DNA of 64,000 bases, from positions 198,090,001 through 198,154,000 of the forward strand of contig OZ024742.1 of NCBI GenBank assembly GCA_964016885.1. The letters are read 5' to 3'. This document shows, one piece after another, positions 26,515 to 38,271 of the stretch. The DNA is from Eledone cirrhosa. Taxonomy: Eukaryota. The translations under genes were made by a program, and so were the position numbers. How positions within the stretch are numbered: position 1 is the first letter of the stretch; the number at the start of each line of letters is the position of its first letter. The notes below the pieces were generated by a model. It ran no database searches, was not told where the DNA came from, and saw nothing but the letters and a program-made list of their open reading frames with translations.

Positions 26515-27570
26515 CAACAACAACAACAACAACAACAACAATAATAATAATATCAATAATGGTGATGGTGGTGGTTGTGAGAAGCCGATGAAGAATAAAT
26601 AAATTAAAAGTAAAATCAAATCATAAAATAATGCACTGATGGTGAAGATGGCGTTGTGGTCTGTGATGATCGTGGCGAGGTCAATGGTAATGATAATGAT
26701 GGTTTTGGTGGTGGTGGTGATGATGTAGGAGATGGTGGTAGTGCTGGTGTGGCTGCTGGTGATGATGGTGAAGGTGGTTTGTGGTGGGGGTGGTGTGATG
26801 ATGGTTTTGGTGGTGGTTGTAGTGGTGATGATGTTGGAGATGGTGGTAGGTGTTGGTGGTGGTGATGGTAATGATATTGGAGATGGTGGTAGTGATGGTG
26901 CTGATGTTGGTGATGATGGTGGTGGTGGTGATGGTGGTGGTGATGGTGTGATGATGGTGATGAGGCTAGTTGTGGTGGTGGTGGTATTGGTGCTGGAGAT
27001 GGTGGCAGTGATGGTGCTGCTGCTGGTGATGATGATAGTGTTGGTGTTGGTGTTGGTGTAGGTGGTGGTGCTGGTGTTGGTGCTGGTGGTGTTGATGGTG
27101 ATGATGATGGTTTTGGTGTTGTTGAAAGTGTTGGTGCTGGTGAAGGTTGTGGTGGTAGTTTGTGATAAAAAAGTAGAGATAGGCACAGGGTTACACAAAA
27201 GACAAGAACAAAGACAAGAGATCACTGTAGTGTGTATATATATATATGTGTGTGTGTGTGTATATATATGTGTGTGTGTGTGTGTATGTGTGTGTATCTA
27301 TCTATAAATATGTATGTATATATATATGTATGTATATATATATATGTATGTATATATGTAGGTATCTCTCACTCTCTCTTTCTCTCTCTCTCTTTCTCTC
27401 TCTCTCTCTATATATATATGTGTGTGTGTGTGCGTATATGTATCTATCTACCAATCTCTCTCTCTATATATGTATGCATCTATCTATCTATTTATATATA
27501 TATAAGTGCATGTGTACGTATCCATATATATATTTGTGTGCATGTACCACCCCATATATATATATATATA
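26515..27570. repeat. Degenerate (GGT/GAT)n and (TA/TG/TC)n microsatellite field
   Basis: Direct inspection. Confidence 0.9.
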
Positions 27571-27571
27571 T

Positions 27572-30500
27572 ATCATCATCTTCGTTTAACGTCCACTTTC
27601 CATGCTAGCATGGGTTAGACGGGAGTTGTCCCACTTGAGGCAAGGTTGGTCGGGTGACCGTGTCTCGCTCATATAGGACTATCTGGCAGGTTTTCTACGG
27701 CTGGATGCCCTTCCTAACACCAACCACATTTACAGTGTGGAACTGGGAACTTTTTACCATGTTACCTACACGGCCACATTACGGCGTGGACTGTGTGTTT
27801 TTTTCTCGTGACACCTACACGATCTCGATCTCATTTATCTCATTTATTTGGATTGGATGTTGTGGTACCAACTTTATAGAGAGGGGGTGGTGTTGGTAGA
27901 AGTGGGAGGATAGGGTAGGGGTAGTGGATTGGGGTGTATATTTGGTGAAGAGGTGCCTATTGACTGTAGGTTTCGCTTTGTACATAGGCAAGGCGGGTCT
28001 TCTGTATTACTGCGTAGCGCCAAAGATCTCGGTCCAGTGACATTGTCTTAGAGAAGTGCAAGTGTGTAAGGTCGGAATTTATCAGATTGTCGCAGGTTTT
28101 TCTGGGTCTACCTACTCCGTAACTACCATCAATTTTGATCGCCCTGCACTTTTTTATACAGCTGTCGTCTTTCATGTGCATCACGTGACCATACCAACGT
28201 AGTCTTCTCTCGAGTAAACAGCATCTGATTCCTCTTATTCCTAATTTCTCACTTAGTTCATTTATGCTTTTCCGTTCACGTATATTACTATTACACATCC
28301 AACGGAGCATGCATGCTTCATTCCTTTCCAGTCTATGCAGGTCCTCTGCACGCAATGCCCATGTCTCACTGCCATGTAGCATTGCTGTTCGTATACAAGC
28401 ATCATACAATCTGCCTTTCATTTTTAGAGAGAAACCTTTTGTGGTCAACAGCGGTATAAGCTCTGAACTTTTTCCATCCTGTTCTGACTCTGACTACTGT
28501 ACTTTCAGAACACCCTCCACCATTGCTGATTTCGTCACCCAGCTAACAGAAACTGTCTACTATTTCTATAGAACCATCTGGGCAATAGAAGGGGCTAGTA
28601 TCCTGTGGACACTTGCTACCTATTGCACCTGAGCATTGGCAACATATAAAGTCTACGTTCTTAGATAGTTTACCTGTGATCCCACTACATCTTTTATGTA
28701 CCCATACTTTGCATTTGGGACATAAAATTGAATTTCTGCCTACTCCTTTCCTACACACTGAGCAAGGCCATTTCCCTGAGGGTACCTGTGCCTTATTTTC
28801 CTTTCTACAAACTAGGACTTTAGTCTTAGACAAGTTAACTTTAAGGCCTTTTGATTCTAGGCCATGCTTCCATGTTTGGAATTTCTTTTCTAGTTCAGCC
28901 ATTGATTCAGCTATGAGCGTTAGATCATCTGCGTATAGGAGTTCCTATGGGCAGCCGGTCTTGAACTTCTCTGTTATAGCCTGAAGGGCAATAATAAATA
29001 GGAGGGGGCTAAGGACAGAGCCTTGGTGAACATCAACTTTTACACTAAATTCTTCACAATATTCATTGTTAATTCTAACCTTACTGACTGTTTCATTATA
29101 CATAGCTTGTATAGCTCTCACAAGCCATTCATCTACACCTAGTTTTCTAAGAGCCCACCAGATAATGGAGCGGGGGACTCTGTCAAAGGCTTTTTGCAGG
29201 TCTACAAAAGCTAAGTAGAGGGGTTTACTTTTAGCTAGGTACTTCTCTTGTAGTTGTCGTACAAGGAAAATAGCGTCTGTGGTACTTTTACCTGGCACAA
29301 ACCCAAACTGCATTCATCTAGATCAATTCGCTCTCTGATTAGTTGTGCTATAACTCTTTCTGTGACCTTCATGACCTGGTCAACTAACTTAATGCCTCTA
29401 TAGTTTCCTCTATCTAGAGCATCTCCTTTTCCCTTGTAGCAGTTAATGATGATGCTGCTACACCAGTCTTTTGGTATGACCCCATTCTGTATTACTTGGT
29501 TAACTATACGGGTAACCATATTATGTCCCACCATTCCAGATGCCTTCAAGATCTCAGCAACTATCTCCAAAGGCCCAGCTGCCTTGCTTGTCTTCATATC
29601 TTTGATTGCCTTACTTATTATACTACCTTTAACTTGCACCGCTGGTCCTTCTATTGGATCGATTGGTGCAGACTATCTTTTTCCCACTTATTCTCCTCAT
29701 TTAATAGTCTCTCGTAGTGATACTTCCAGGCTATCTTCTTATCAGCATCAGTGAGGGCAAGTACACCGTTATCATTACGGACACACTTCTCCCCGACAAT
29801 ATCACGGTTTTCCTTGACACATTGTCTAGCAATCCTGAACACCTCACGTTTTTGGTCCTCGCATTGTAGAACATGCTTAAACTTTCTATCCTCTGCAAGG
29901 TACACTTGTCTCCTAGCTTTTCTCCTGGCCACTTGATAGTGCTCTCTACTTCCCCCATCCTGCCATACTTTCCAAGCCTGCTTTTTGCCCTTAATTGTGT
30001 TTTCTACCTTACTGTTCCACCACCAAGTTACTCTCCTTCTGCCAATAGGTCTGCTCGAGCCACAGATTTCATCCGTTGCTTTCAGCAGGTTCACTTTCAA
30101 GAATTGCCACTGTTCCTCTATATCGCACGTCTCTAATTGCTCTTCCTTATTGTCAAAGGCATCAAGTAATAAGCTTTTAAATTTGTCACTGGCTATGGGG
30201 TCCTTCAACTTCCATATTCTTCTCCTCAAGGTAGGGCTCCTCTGTCGTCGAGTACGTCTATTTCTGACTGTGAGGTCACTAACTACTAGGCTATGTTGGG
30301 AGGTGCATTCTTCACAGGGGAGGGAGTTAGTGTTTACAACAGACACTTTGTACCGCCTTCTAGTAAGAATATAATCTATCTGGCTGGTGTGTTCCCCTGA
30401 TCAAGTGGTTTTCACGTTTTTTGAAGTTTGTGTTACAGATAGTTAGGTTATTGGCGTCACAGAATTCCAGGATTCTGAAGCCTTCCTCATTTCTATTTCC

Positions 30501-30828
30501 AACCCCATAGTCTCCATGGATTCCATCATAGCCATCACTATGTTGTCCAACGTGGTCGTTTAGATCGCCAGCAATAATTAGGTAGTTGCTGTCGGTTATT
30601 TGGGAGGTAGTGTGCATTAGCGTCTCATAGAACCTGTCCTTTATAACATCAAGTAGACCAGATTGGGGTGTATAAGCGGATATTATTGTCACAGTAGTTT
30701 TATTTAGAACTAGCCTTATTTTAATTATTCTGTCATTTACTCTATTTACGTTGATTACCTTATCTACCCATTTTTCAGCTAACATATTTCCTACTCAACC
30801 CAGTCCATTGTCGTTTCCCACCCAGAAA

Positions 30829-30833
<5 letters not shown>
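27572..30833 (-). mobile_element. Near full-length RTE LINE (subfamily A2) with APE endonuclease and RT, inactivated
   Basis: Fragmented ORFs with EN (SAYTPQ, AGDLN, SQHSLVV) and RT motifs; 5' end lost at a (TA)n tract. Confidence 0.95.
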
Positions 30834-30875
<42 letters not shown>

Positions 30876-30905
30876 AGATCAAAAGATGGTTAAAAGAGTT
30901 CCAAG

Positions 30906-30976
30906 TATTTTATTATGCGCATTTCAAAAACAAATATCATCATGGGATGATATCTGCGTTCTCATCAGATAAAATA
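30906..30976 (-). ncRNA. Type I hammerhead ribozyme
   Basis: TATTTTAT-CTGATGA-[~15-bp stem II]-GAAA-TGCGCA-TA|ATAAAATA: intact core, 8-bp stem I, palindromic helix III, AUA cleavage triplet. Confidence 0.85.
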
Positions 30977-31083
30977 GGGAGACATGATATGAAGCTTAAA
31001 AAACACTTGTGAATAGTGAAGTTTTAAATCAACATAACTTCACTATTCACAAGTGTTTTTTTAAGCTTCATATCATGTCTTCC

Positions 31084-31154
31084 TATTTTATCTGATGAGA
31101 ACGCAGATATCATCCCATGATGATATTTGTTTTTGAAATGTGCATAATAAAATA
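31084..31154 (+). ncRNA. Type I hammerhead ribozyme (mirror copy)
   Basis: Same as the - strand copy except helix III reads TGTGCA. Confidence 0.82.
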
Positions 31155-31539
31155 CTTGGAACTCTTTTAACCATCTTTTGATCTTATATTATTTATACTC
31201 CAGTCCTACATACTGTAGAGTGCTACTTATCCGTTATTTGCATTGCTTTATTATGCTACAATAAAACTCACATCCTACACACACATATATATATATATAT
31301 AATTGGGTGGTGTTGGTAGATGGTAGTAATGGCGGTGGATGATGTAGTTTGTGATAAAATGTAAGAGATACACACAAAAGCACAAGAACAGAACACACAG
31401 ACAAGAGAACAACTGTAGTAAATATATAAAATATATAAAAATGTGGTTGGTATTAAGTGTTTCTGGTTATTTATTTAGTTGATAAGTGACCATTCCTTCA
31501 TAGACAGCTAAACAGAACACTCCTCCTCCACTGCAATAA

Positions 31540-31712
31540 CTACTACTACTAATATTACTACTACTACTACCACCACCACCACCACCACCACCACCACCAC
31601 CACCACCACCACCACCACCACCACTACTACTACTACTACTACCACCACCACCACCACCACCACCACCACCACCACCACCACCACCACCACCACCACCACC
31701 ACCACCACCACC

Positions 31713-31754
<42 letters not shown>

Positions 31755-32190
31755 GCCTCCCACCACCACCACCTTGCTTCTTTTACAACCCCAACTACTA
31801 CTACTACAAAAGCAACAAATACTGCAACTCCTACAGCAACAATAATATCAATAAAATCAAGAATAACAACAACTACTACAACACCATTAAAAACAACAAC
31901 AACAACCATAGAGACAACAACTTCAACAATAAGAACAACAACAGCTAAAACAACACCACTAGAGACAACAATAACAACAACAACAACAACAACAACACCA
32001 ACAACAACAATAACAACACCAACAACAACAATAACAACAGCTACAACAACACCACCAGAGACAACAATAACAGCAACAACAACAATAACAACACCAGCAA
32101 CCACAGAGACAACAACATCAACAATAAGAACAATAACAACAGCTAAAACAACACCACTAGAGACAACAATAACAACAACAACAATAACAA
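31540..32190. repeat. (ACT)n/(ACC)n/(AAC)n trinucleotide field
   Basis: Direct inspection. Confidence 0.92.
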
Positions 32191-32407
32191 CAGAGACAAC
32201 TCGAGTAGCAAGATCAATAAAACCAAAGAAAAGGCTGATCAGTGGAACAATTCTAAAAATAATTTGAGATGTACCGATTGCTCTGAGTGATTGAGCGATT
32301 GATGGATATAATATGATATTGAGATGGTTTTCAGCAATCTGACTATAACTCCATTATATCACACTATTCCTACCGTATTCATGTACACACATATATATAC
32401 ATATATA

Positions 32408-33674
32408 TCCACACTGTAAAGTGGCCATGTAAGTGTCATGACAAAAAGCACCCACTCCACACTGTAAAGTGGCCAAGTAGGAGTCACGACAAAAAGCGCC
32501 CAGTCCACACTGTAAAGTGGCCAAGTAGGAGTCACGACAAAAAGCACCCAGTCCACACTGTAAAGTCGCCAAGTAGGTGTCACGACAAAAAGCACCCAGT
32601 CCACACTGTAAAGTGGCCAAGTAGGAGTCACGACAAAAAGCACCCAGTCCACACTGTAAAGTGGCCAAGTAGGTGTCACGACAAAAAGCACCCAGTCCAC
32701 ACTGTAAAGTGGCCAAGTAGGTGTCACGACAAAAAGCACCCAGTCCACACTGTAAAGTGGCCAAGTAGGAGTCACGACAAAAAGCACCCAGTCCACACTG
32801 TAAAGTCGCCAAGTAGGTGTCACGACAAAAAGCACCCAGTCCACACTGTAAAGTCGCCAAGTAGGTGTCACGACAAAAAGCACCCAGTCCACACTGTAAA
32901 GTGGCCAAGTAGGAGTTATGACAAAAAGCACCCAGTCCACACTGTAAAGTGGCCATGTAGGTGTCACGACAAAAAGCACCCAGTCCACACTGTAAAGTGG
33001 CCAAGTAGGAGTTATGACAAAAAGCACCCACTCCACACTGTAAAGTGGCCATGTAGGTGTCACGACAAAAAGCACCCAGTCCACACTGTAAAATGGCCAT
33101 GTAGGTCTCACGACAAAATGTAATCAGTTCATACTGTAAAGTGGTCGTGTAGGGTGTCACGACAAAAAGCACCCAGTCCACACTGTAAAGTGGCCAAGTA
33201 GGAATTATGACAAAAAGCACTCATTCCACACTGTACTGTAGTTGTGTAAGTGACATGACAAATAGTGCCCAATCCACACTGTAAAGTGGTTATGATGATG
33301 TCATGACAAAAAGCACTCAGCCCACACTGTTAAGTAGTCGTGTAGGTGTCACGACGGCCAGTCCACACTGTAAAGTGGTCATGTTGATGTCATGACAAAA
33401 AGCATCCAGTCCACACTGTAAAATGGTTGTGTAGGAGTCAAAATAAAAAGCACCCAGTATTCACTGTAAATTGGTTGTGTAGGAGTCACGATAAAAAGCA
33501 CCCTGTACACACTGTAAATGTGGTTGGCATTAGGAAGGGCATCCAGCCATAGAAACCAGCCCAAAATCAGTTCTGTGTGAACAAAACACAGTCCTCCGAA
33601 CTGGATGTCCCACGACAGGACAGCATGCCTAACCCATGCTAGTGTGGAAAATGGTTATTAAACGATGATGATGA

Positions 33675-33678
<4 letters not shown>
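32408..33678 (+). repeat. 48-bp minisatellite (~23 units) ending in an RTE/SINE tail
   Basis: GTAGGTGTCACGACAAAAAGCACCCAGTCCACACTGTAAAGTGGCCAA units, then GGAAGGGCATCCAGCC...(GAT)n. Confidence 0.95.
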
Positions 33679-33724
<46 letters not shown>

Positions 33725-34096
33725 TTGTGAAGGAACAGGGGTTGTGTTGTTGCTGGATAAAGTGTATTTATAAATAAGAGGAAAGCATGAATAGAGGATA
33801 GTTTCCCTTCATCAGTTGTCTTCTGGAGATCATGGACATTTCTATGCAATATATATATATACACATATATACACATATATATAAAATTACAAAAATATTA
33901 TTAAAAACACCATAATCCAAATGAGTGGGAATAACTTTTAATTATGTAATACTTACACATGTTTCATCATATGTATTACATATAAGACATGGACCACTAA
34001 CATTTTATTATTTTAATCAAATTAACTCGCATCCAAATACTTAAATATGTCGTTACTATGAATTTTCAAAGTGGAATCACCTTTAATTGCATAATA

Positions 34097-34160
<64 letters not shown>

Positions 34161-34784
34161 TCCCACTCTTGCAAGCAGGGAAGAGCGGACGTAAAATGAT
34201 GATGATGATGTACGTATGTGGTTGATGGTTGAGAGAAATGAGTACTCAGTACTGAAGTAGAGTTTTAATATTCATTTTATTAAGACAAAATAGTATTCTT
34301 GTATCATGACCCTGTGATAAACAGATGAAACTCCAGAGTAACAAATGGTTTCGACTTGGTGCTGTGGTTGGGATTTTACATATCTCTCTATATATTTATA
34401 TACTTAGATAGAGAGAGAGAGAAAAAAAGGGGGTCTTTGTTTATGTCTCATAACGTAGTTCAACAAAAAACGATCAATAAAATAAATTACTGGTGTCGAT
34501 ATGATTGGTTAAATCCTTTTATGGAAGTAACCCCGCCCTAATATGGCCAGAGTCTAAGGAATAAAAGAATAGCTAAAAGAATGAAGCTAAAGATAAGCTG
34601 AAGTCTGTCTCAAGCCAGAAGACTTGTTAGGCCGGTGCCTATCCCGGTTTCACAGCGTGAAGCGACTGAGAGTGCAAGACTTCTCCCTGGACAGGACGCC
34701 AGTCCATCGCAAGGTTAAACCCTGAATAAAACAATAAAAATAACTAAAAGAATATAGTATGTAAAATATAAACCAATCACTCAC

Positions 34785-34972
34785 CTGACACAGCAGAATG
34801 GAAACCAGCATTATAGTCACATGTCACTTCATTATGGATGAAATCTGAACGTTTATCAACATAACTGTCATTGATATCAGGACCTCCGACAACAGCACCG
34901 TAGAGTATGATGGGGTTGGCACCTCTCCTCTCAAAATCATCCCAGGTACAAGGACCAAAAACCCTACAAGAG
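34785..34972 (-). CDS. GH9 exon H (catalytic Glu)
   Basis: taaag|C...G|gtgagt; [63 protein letters not shown]. Confidence 0.95.
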
Positions 34973-35455
34973 CTTTAAATGGAAATGTTTATTGTTTTTC
35001 TTTACTCTTAACATTGTGTAATGATTTAGCAGTAAATATTTAGGGGGAAGGTTTGTTTATTTGAATGTTTGTGGTAACTTTGTTGGTGGACTGATCATTG
35101 TAAAAATTTGCAGTAACAGAGTTAAAACTTTAATTTCTAAAGTGATAGTGCTAATGCAGCTTCATACAGTACAGGACATGTAAAAGTGAGAACATTATGT
35201 AACCTAGTGGTTCTCAAAGACCCAGGTCACATTTCTCATCTTGTAATCCCAGGTTTCCAAAATATCTCCCTATTTTGAATTATCATTTTTCATCCCAGCA
35301 CTATATTAACATGAGAAAGATTTTCAGACCTTCACAATTGTAAAGCTCTCAGATACTCAGGTCAGATCCCCACCCCCTTACAATCCCAGATTTCCACAAT
35401 TCTTCCTTCATTTTTCATCTAAACATCATATTAACATGAACAAACCTTTTAAAGC

Positions 35456-35683
35456 TTAACCCTTTAGTATTCACATTATTTTATATATACTATTATATTT
35501 TGATGGTAAAGGCTTTACTTTGCATAATTATCTCACATAATATCGAATCTATGAGATTTTGAAAGTATTCATTTTGAGAACAATAGCTTAACATCAGTTT
35601 GAGCGACCAGTTACAGCCAGTTTCCACAGAAAGAGGAAGAGAATTCTAGCCGGTTTGGGCTGGTTTGAACATTAAAGGGTTAA
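35456..35683. mobile_element. piggyBac-type MITE (relatives at 1-229, ~49932-50148, 51211-51425)
   Basis: TTAA|CCCTTTA...TAAAGGG|TTAA termini; shared ~220-bp body in four copies. Confidence 0.8.
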
Positions 35684-35795
35684 TAAACTGCATAATCACA
35701 AGCTGGATTAAGACTGAAGAAGCAGTTTTTTGTGAACTATTATTGCATGATCATCCACATAGTTGGGTATATTGGAATATACATACACACATATG

Positions 35796-36118
35796 GAGGC
35801 ACATGGCTTAGTGGTTAGAGCATTGGCCTTGCAATCGAAAGGTTGTGAGTTCAATTCTCAGACTGGGTGATGTGTTGTTTCCTTGAGCAAGACACTTTAT
35901 TTCACATTGCTCCAGTTTACTCAGCTGTAGAAATGAGATGATAGGGACTGGGGTCCCTATCATTCTACTGTAAAGTGGTTGTGGAGGTGCTACGGCAAAA
36001 AAGCACCCAGCACTCACTGTAAATGAGTTTGGTGTTAGGAAGGGCATCCAGCTGTAGAAATCAAGCCAGAATCAGTTCCCGTCCCACCCTTGCAAGCAGG
36101 GAAAAGTGGACGTAAAAC
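35796..36118 (+). mobile_element. Composite tRNA-head SINE with RTE-derived tail
   Basis: A box TGGCTTAGTGG, B box GAGTTCAATTC, CORE-like CCTTGAGCAAGACACTTTA, then RTE UTR module and subfamily-B terminus. Confidence 0.88.
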
Positions 36119-36149
36119 AAACAAAAACAAAAACATAATGTACACCATA

Positions 36150-36372
36150 GTTTGATATATGCTGGACATATTTTATGGACAAAACCAACTGACAGGAGAC
36201 CCAGGAGTAGACCCCCAAGAAAGATAGTTAGATAATATCCATGAGCTTGGCTGATTTCGCTTGGGGATCCAGCTGGATCAGTTGGAGATGAATGCTTCTG
36301 ACAGGACCTGCTGGAAGGAGTGTTTGAGGACTATCCCCCCCCACGACCCTCTCAGGAATAAGTGGGCGAAGA
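36150..36372 (+). mobile_element. Decayed 3' end of another RTE-type (Expander-like) LINE
   Basis: Residual RPR.RP...LDNI..LG...LGIQ...DRTCW...PPRP frame. Confidence 0.55.
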
Positions 36373-36469
36373 GATGATAGAGCCATGGGCTGGGTTTTGC
36401 TTTGAGAGAGACAGATCAGGAGCGCTGCATGTTGTTTGCTTGTTTAGGAGGAGGAGGAAACGGAAGAAG

Positions 36470-36509
<40 letters not shown>

Positions 36510-36636
36510 AGATCAAAAGATGGTTAAAGGAGTTCAATGTATTTTATTATGCGCATTTCAAAAACAAACATCATCATATGTTGATTTAAAGCTGCACTAT
36601 CCACAAGTGTTTTTTAGCCTTCATATCATGTTCTCC

Positions 36637-36707
36637 TGTTTTATCTGATGAAAACACAAATATTATTGCATGATGATGTTTGTTTTTGAAATGCGCATAA
36701 TAAAATA
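36637..36707 (+). ncRNA. Type I hammerhead ribozyme within element 36501-36832
   Basis: TGTTTTAT-CTGATGA-stem II-GAAA-TGCGCA-TA|ATAAAATA. Confidence 0.82.
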
Positions 36708-36961
36708 CATTGAACTCCTTTAACCATCTTTTGATCTTATATTATGCATACTCCAGTCCTACAAACTGTAGAGTGCTTCTTATCCGATATCTGCATTGCT
36801 TTATTGAACTACAATAAAACTCACCTCCTACATATATATATATATATATATATATATACATTCATATATATATATCGCTATTTCAGAGCACCAATTCTAA
36901 TTTTCAATTTTTGCTGGAATTCCTGAATATTACTGGAATTCTATAAGAATCCAGCATTCAT

Positions 36962-37054
36962 AATTTTCAGCAAACAGGAGTGGTGAGCTTTTATGAGTAC
37001 CAACAAGTACGAAACAGAGCTCTGTCAGCTTATCTCCCCTGTTTGCTGAAAATT
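36962..37054 (+). ncRNA. Decayed hammerhead with long stem I
   Basis: GAGCT-TTTATGA-GTAC(caacaa)GTAC-GAAA-CAGAGCTCTG-TC|AGCTT; two core substitutions; stem I extends ~27 nt. Confidence 0.65.
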
Positions 37055-37157
37055 GAAGTAGGTGACATTGTCGCTACTTTAAAACAATAGCATAAGGTCT
37101 TCAAAATGCTTTTAATTAAGCATACAGTGTATTGCAAAATACACTATATATACATTC

Positions 37158-37194
<37 letters not shown>

Positions 37195-37617
37195 ATGTAC
37201 ACTAAGCTTTCCCAGTATAAATTCATTTTCAATTCCTCTACTGGGATTTAAAATTCCTCCTCTGGGATCTGAGTGCCTCCTTAAAACAGGTGTTCTGACC
37301 TGGAGTAAATTTACCTGACTCAAGGGGGTAAATCATCACAAGATGATATGGGCTTCCATACAGTTTCTATCTACTCAATTCCATCCACATGGTCTGGGTC
37401 AACACTAACGGTATAATGACATTTGCCCAAGATGACCTACAGTGAGATTGAACCCAAGACTCTATGATTGATAAGCATATTTCTTAACTATCTGAACATG
37501 TGTCCACAAAATAATAGAATTGTTGAGGATGTAACTAATTTAGAGATGTCATCTGTCCGGAAATTAAAACATCTAGAATCTGTATGTATGTAATATATAA
37601 TTCATTAGAAATCTAAT

Positions 37618-37808
37618 AATTGTTTTTACTTTTGGCACAAGGCCAGCAATTATTCCAGTGTATTACTGGTACTTTATTTTATCGACCCCGTAAGGATGAA
37701 AGGTAAAGTTAACCTCGGCGGGATTTGAACTCAGACCATAAAGGGCCGTAACTCTTTGCTGCAAAGCATGGCGTCCGACCCTCTACTGATACTGCTAATC
37801 CACCGCCC
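37618..37808 (-). mobile_element. Abundant SINE copy
   Basis: Full head-to-tail match; imperfect TSD TTAGAAAT..AATAAT. Confidence 0.88.
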
Positions 37809-37837
37809 TTAGAAATAGAATAATGAATTATACACAT

Positions 37838-38208
37838 ACTCTCAGGTCCCAAATAATAGGGTGATGGGGGTGGAAAATAGGTAATTTTTCTAGGTTGTCT
37901 CCATTGTATTTAAAAAAAGAACAGAATTAGTCGTTTAGTTTACATATTGGGACCCCAACTCATCCTATTTATTTTATAATGTATGGGATTTCTAGTAATG
38001 TACTTTTTTGTCATGAATTTTTAATGTCTAAAGAAAATTAATTGTTGCAGGAATGCTACCACTTAAAATATAATTTTGCCAGAGATAGATTAGAAAAATT
38101 TGATAAGGGATGGGATTGGGGGCTAGAATAAGAGCAGAGTGGGGAGGGATTTGAAAAATTAATAAGCAAGGGTGGAGTGAGGGATGATTATTCGAGACCT
38201 GAGAGTAC
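37838..38208. mobile_element. TIR MITE (partial relative at ~62195-62530)
   Basis: TACTCTCAGGTCCCAAATAAT / ATTATTCGAGACCTGAGAGTA termini. Confidence 0.75.
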
Positions 38209-38271
38209 ATACTTCTGAAAACAATCGAGAATTTAGGATTTAGAATTTTGAGGGATTTACTAAAATTATTA

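Larger units (their letters stand above)
30868..31282. mobile_element. Palindromic non-coding element (arms 30868-31023 and 31036-31192 plus ~90-bp tail), probably Penelope terminal-repeat derived
   Basis: ~156-bp near-perfect inverted arms between (TA)n tracts; a hammerhead in each arm; relative at 36501-36832. Confidence 0.8.

Noticed and set aside
26500-27618. Thr/Pro/Val-rich and YIYI/CVCV ORFs here and across the window
   Set aside because: Microsatellite translation artefacts.
32354-33220. 288-aa and 250-aa repetitive ORFs, also 7789-8157, 45485-46114, 55848-56339 and 11079-11543
   Set aside because: Translations of minisatellites; no splice or domain support.
33795-33850. Minus-strand GAAA...CTGATGA suggesting a type II hammerhead
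   Set aside because: Cleavage triplet and stems could not be formed convincingly.
35796-35875. tRNA gene calls from A/B boxes, also at 24592
   Set aside because: SINE heads continuing into SINE bodies; no clean cloverleaf.
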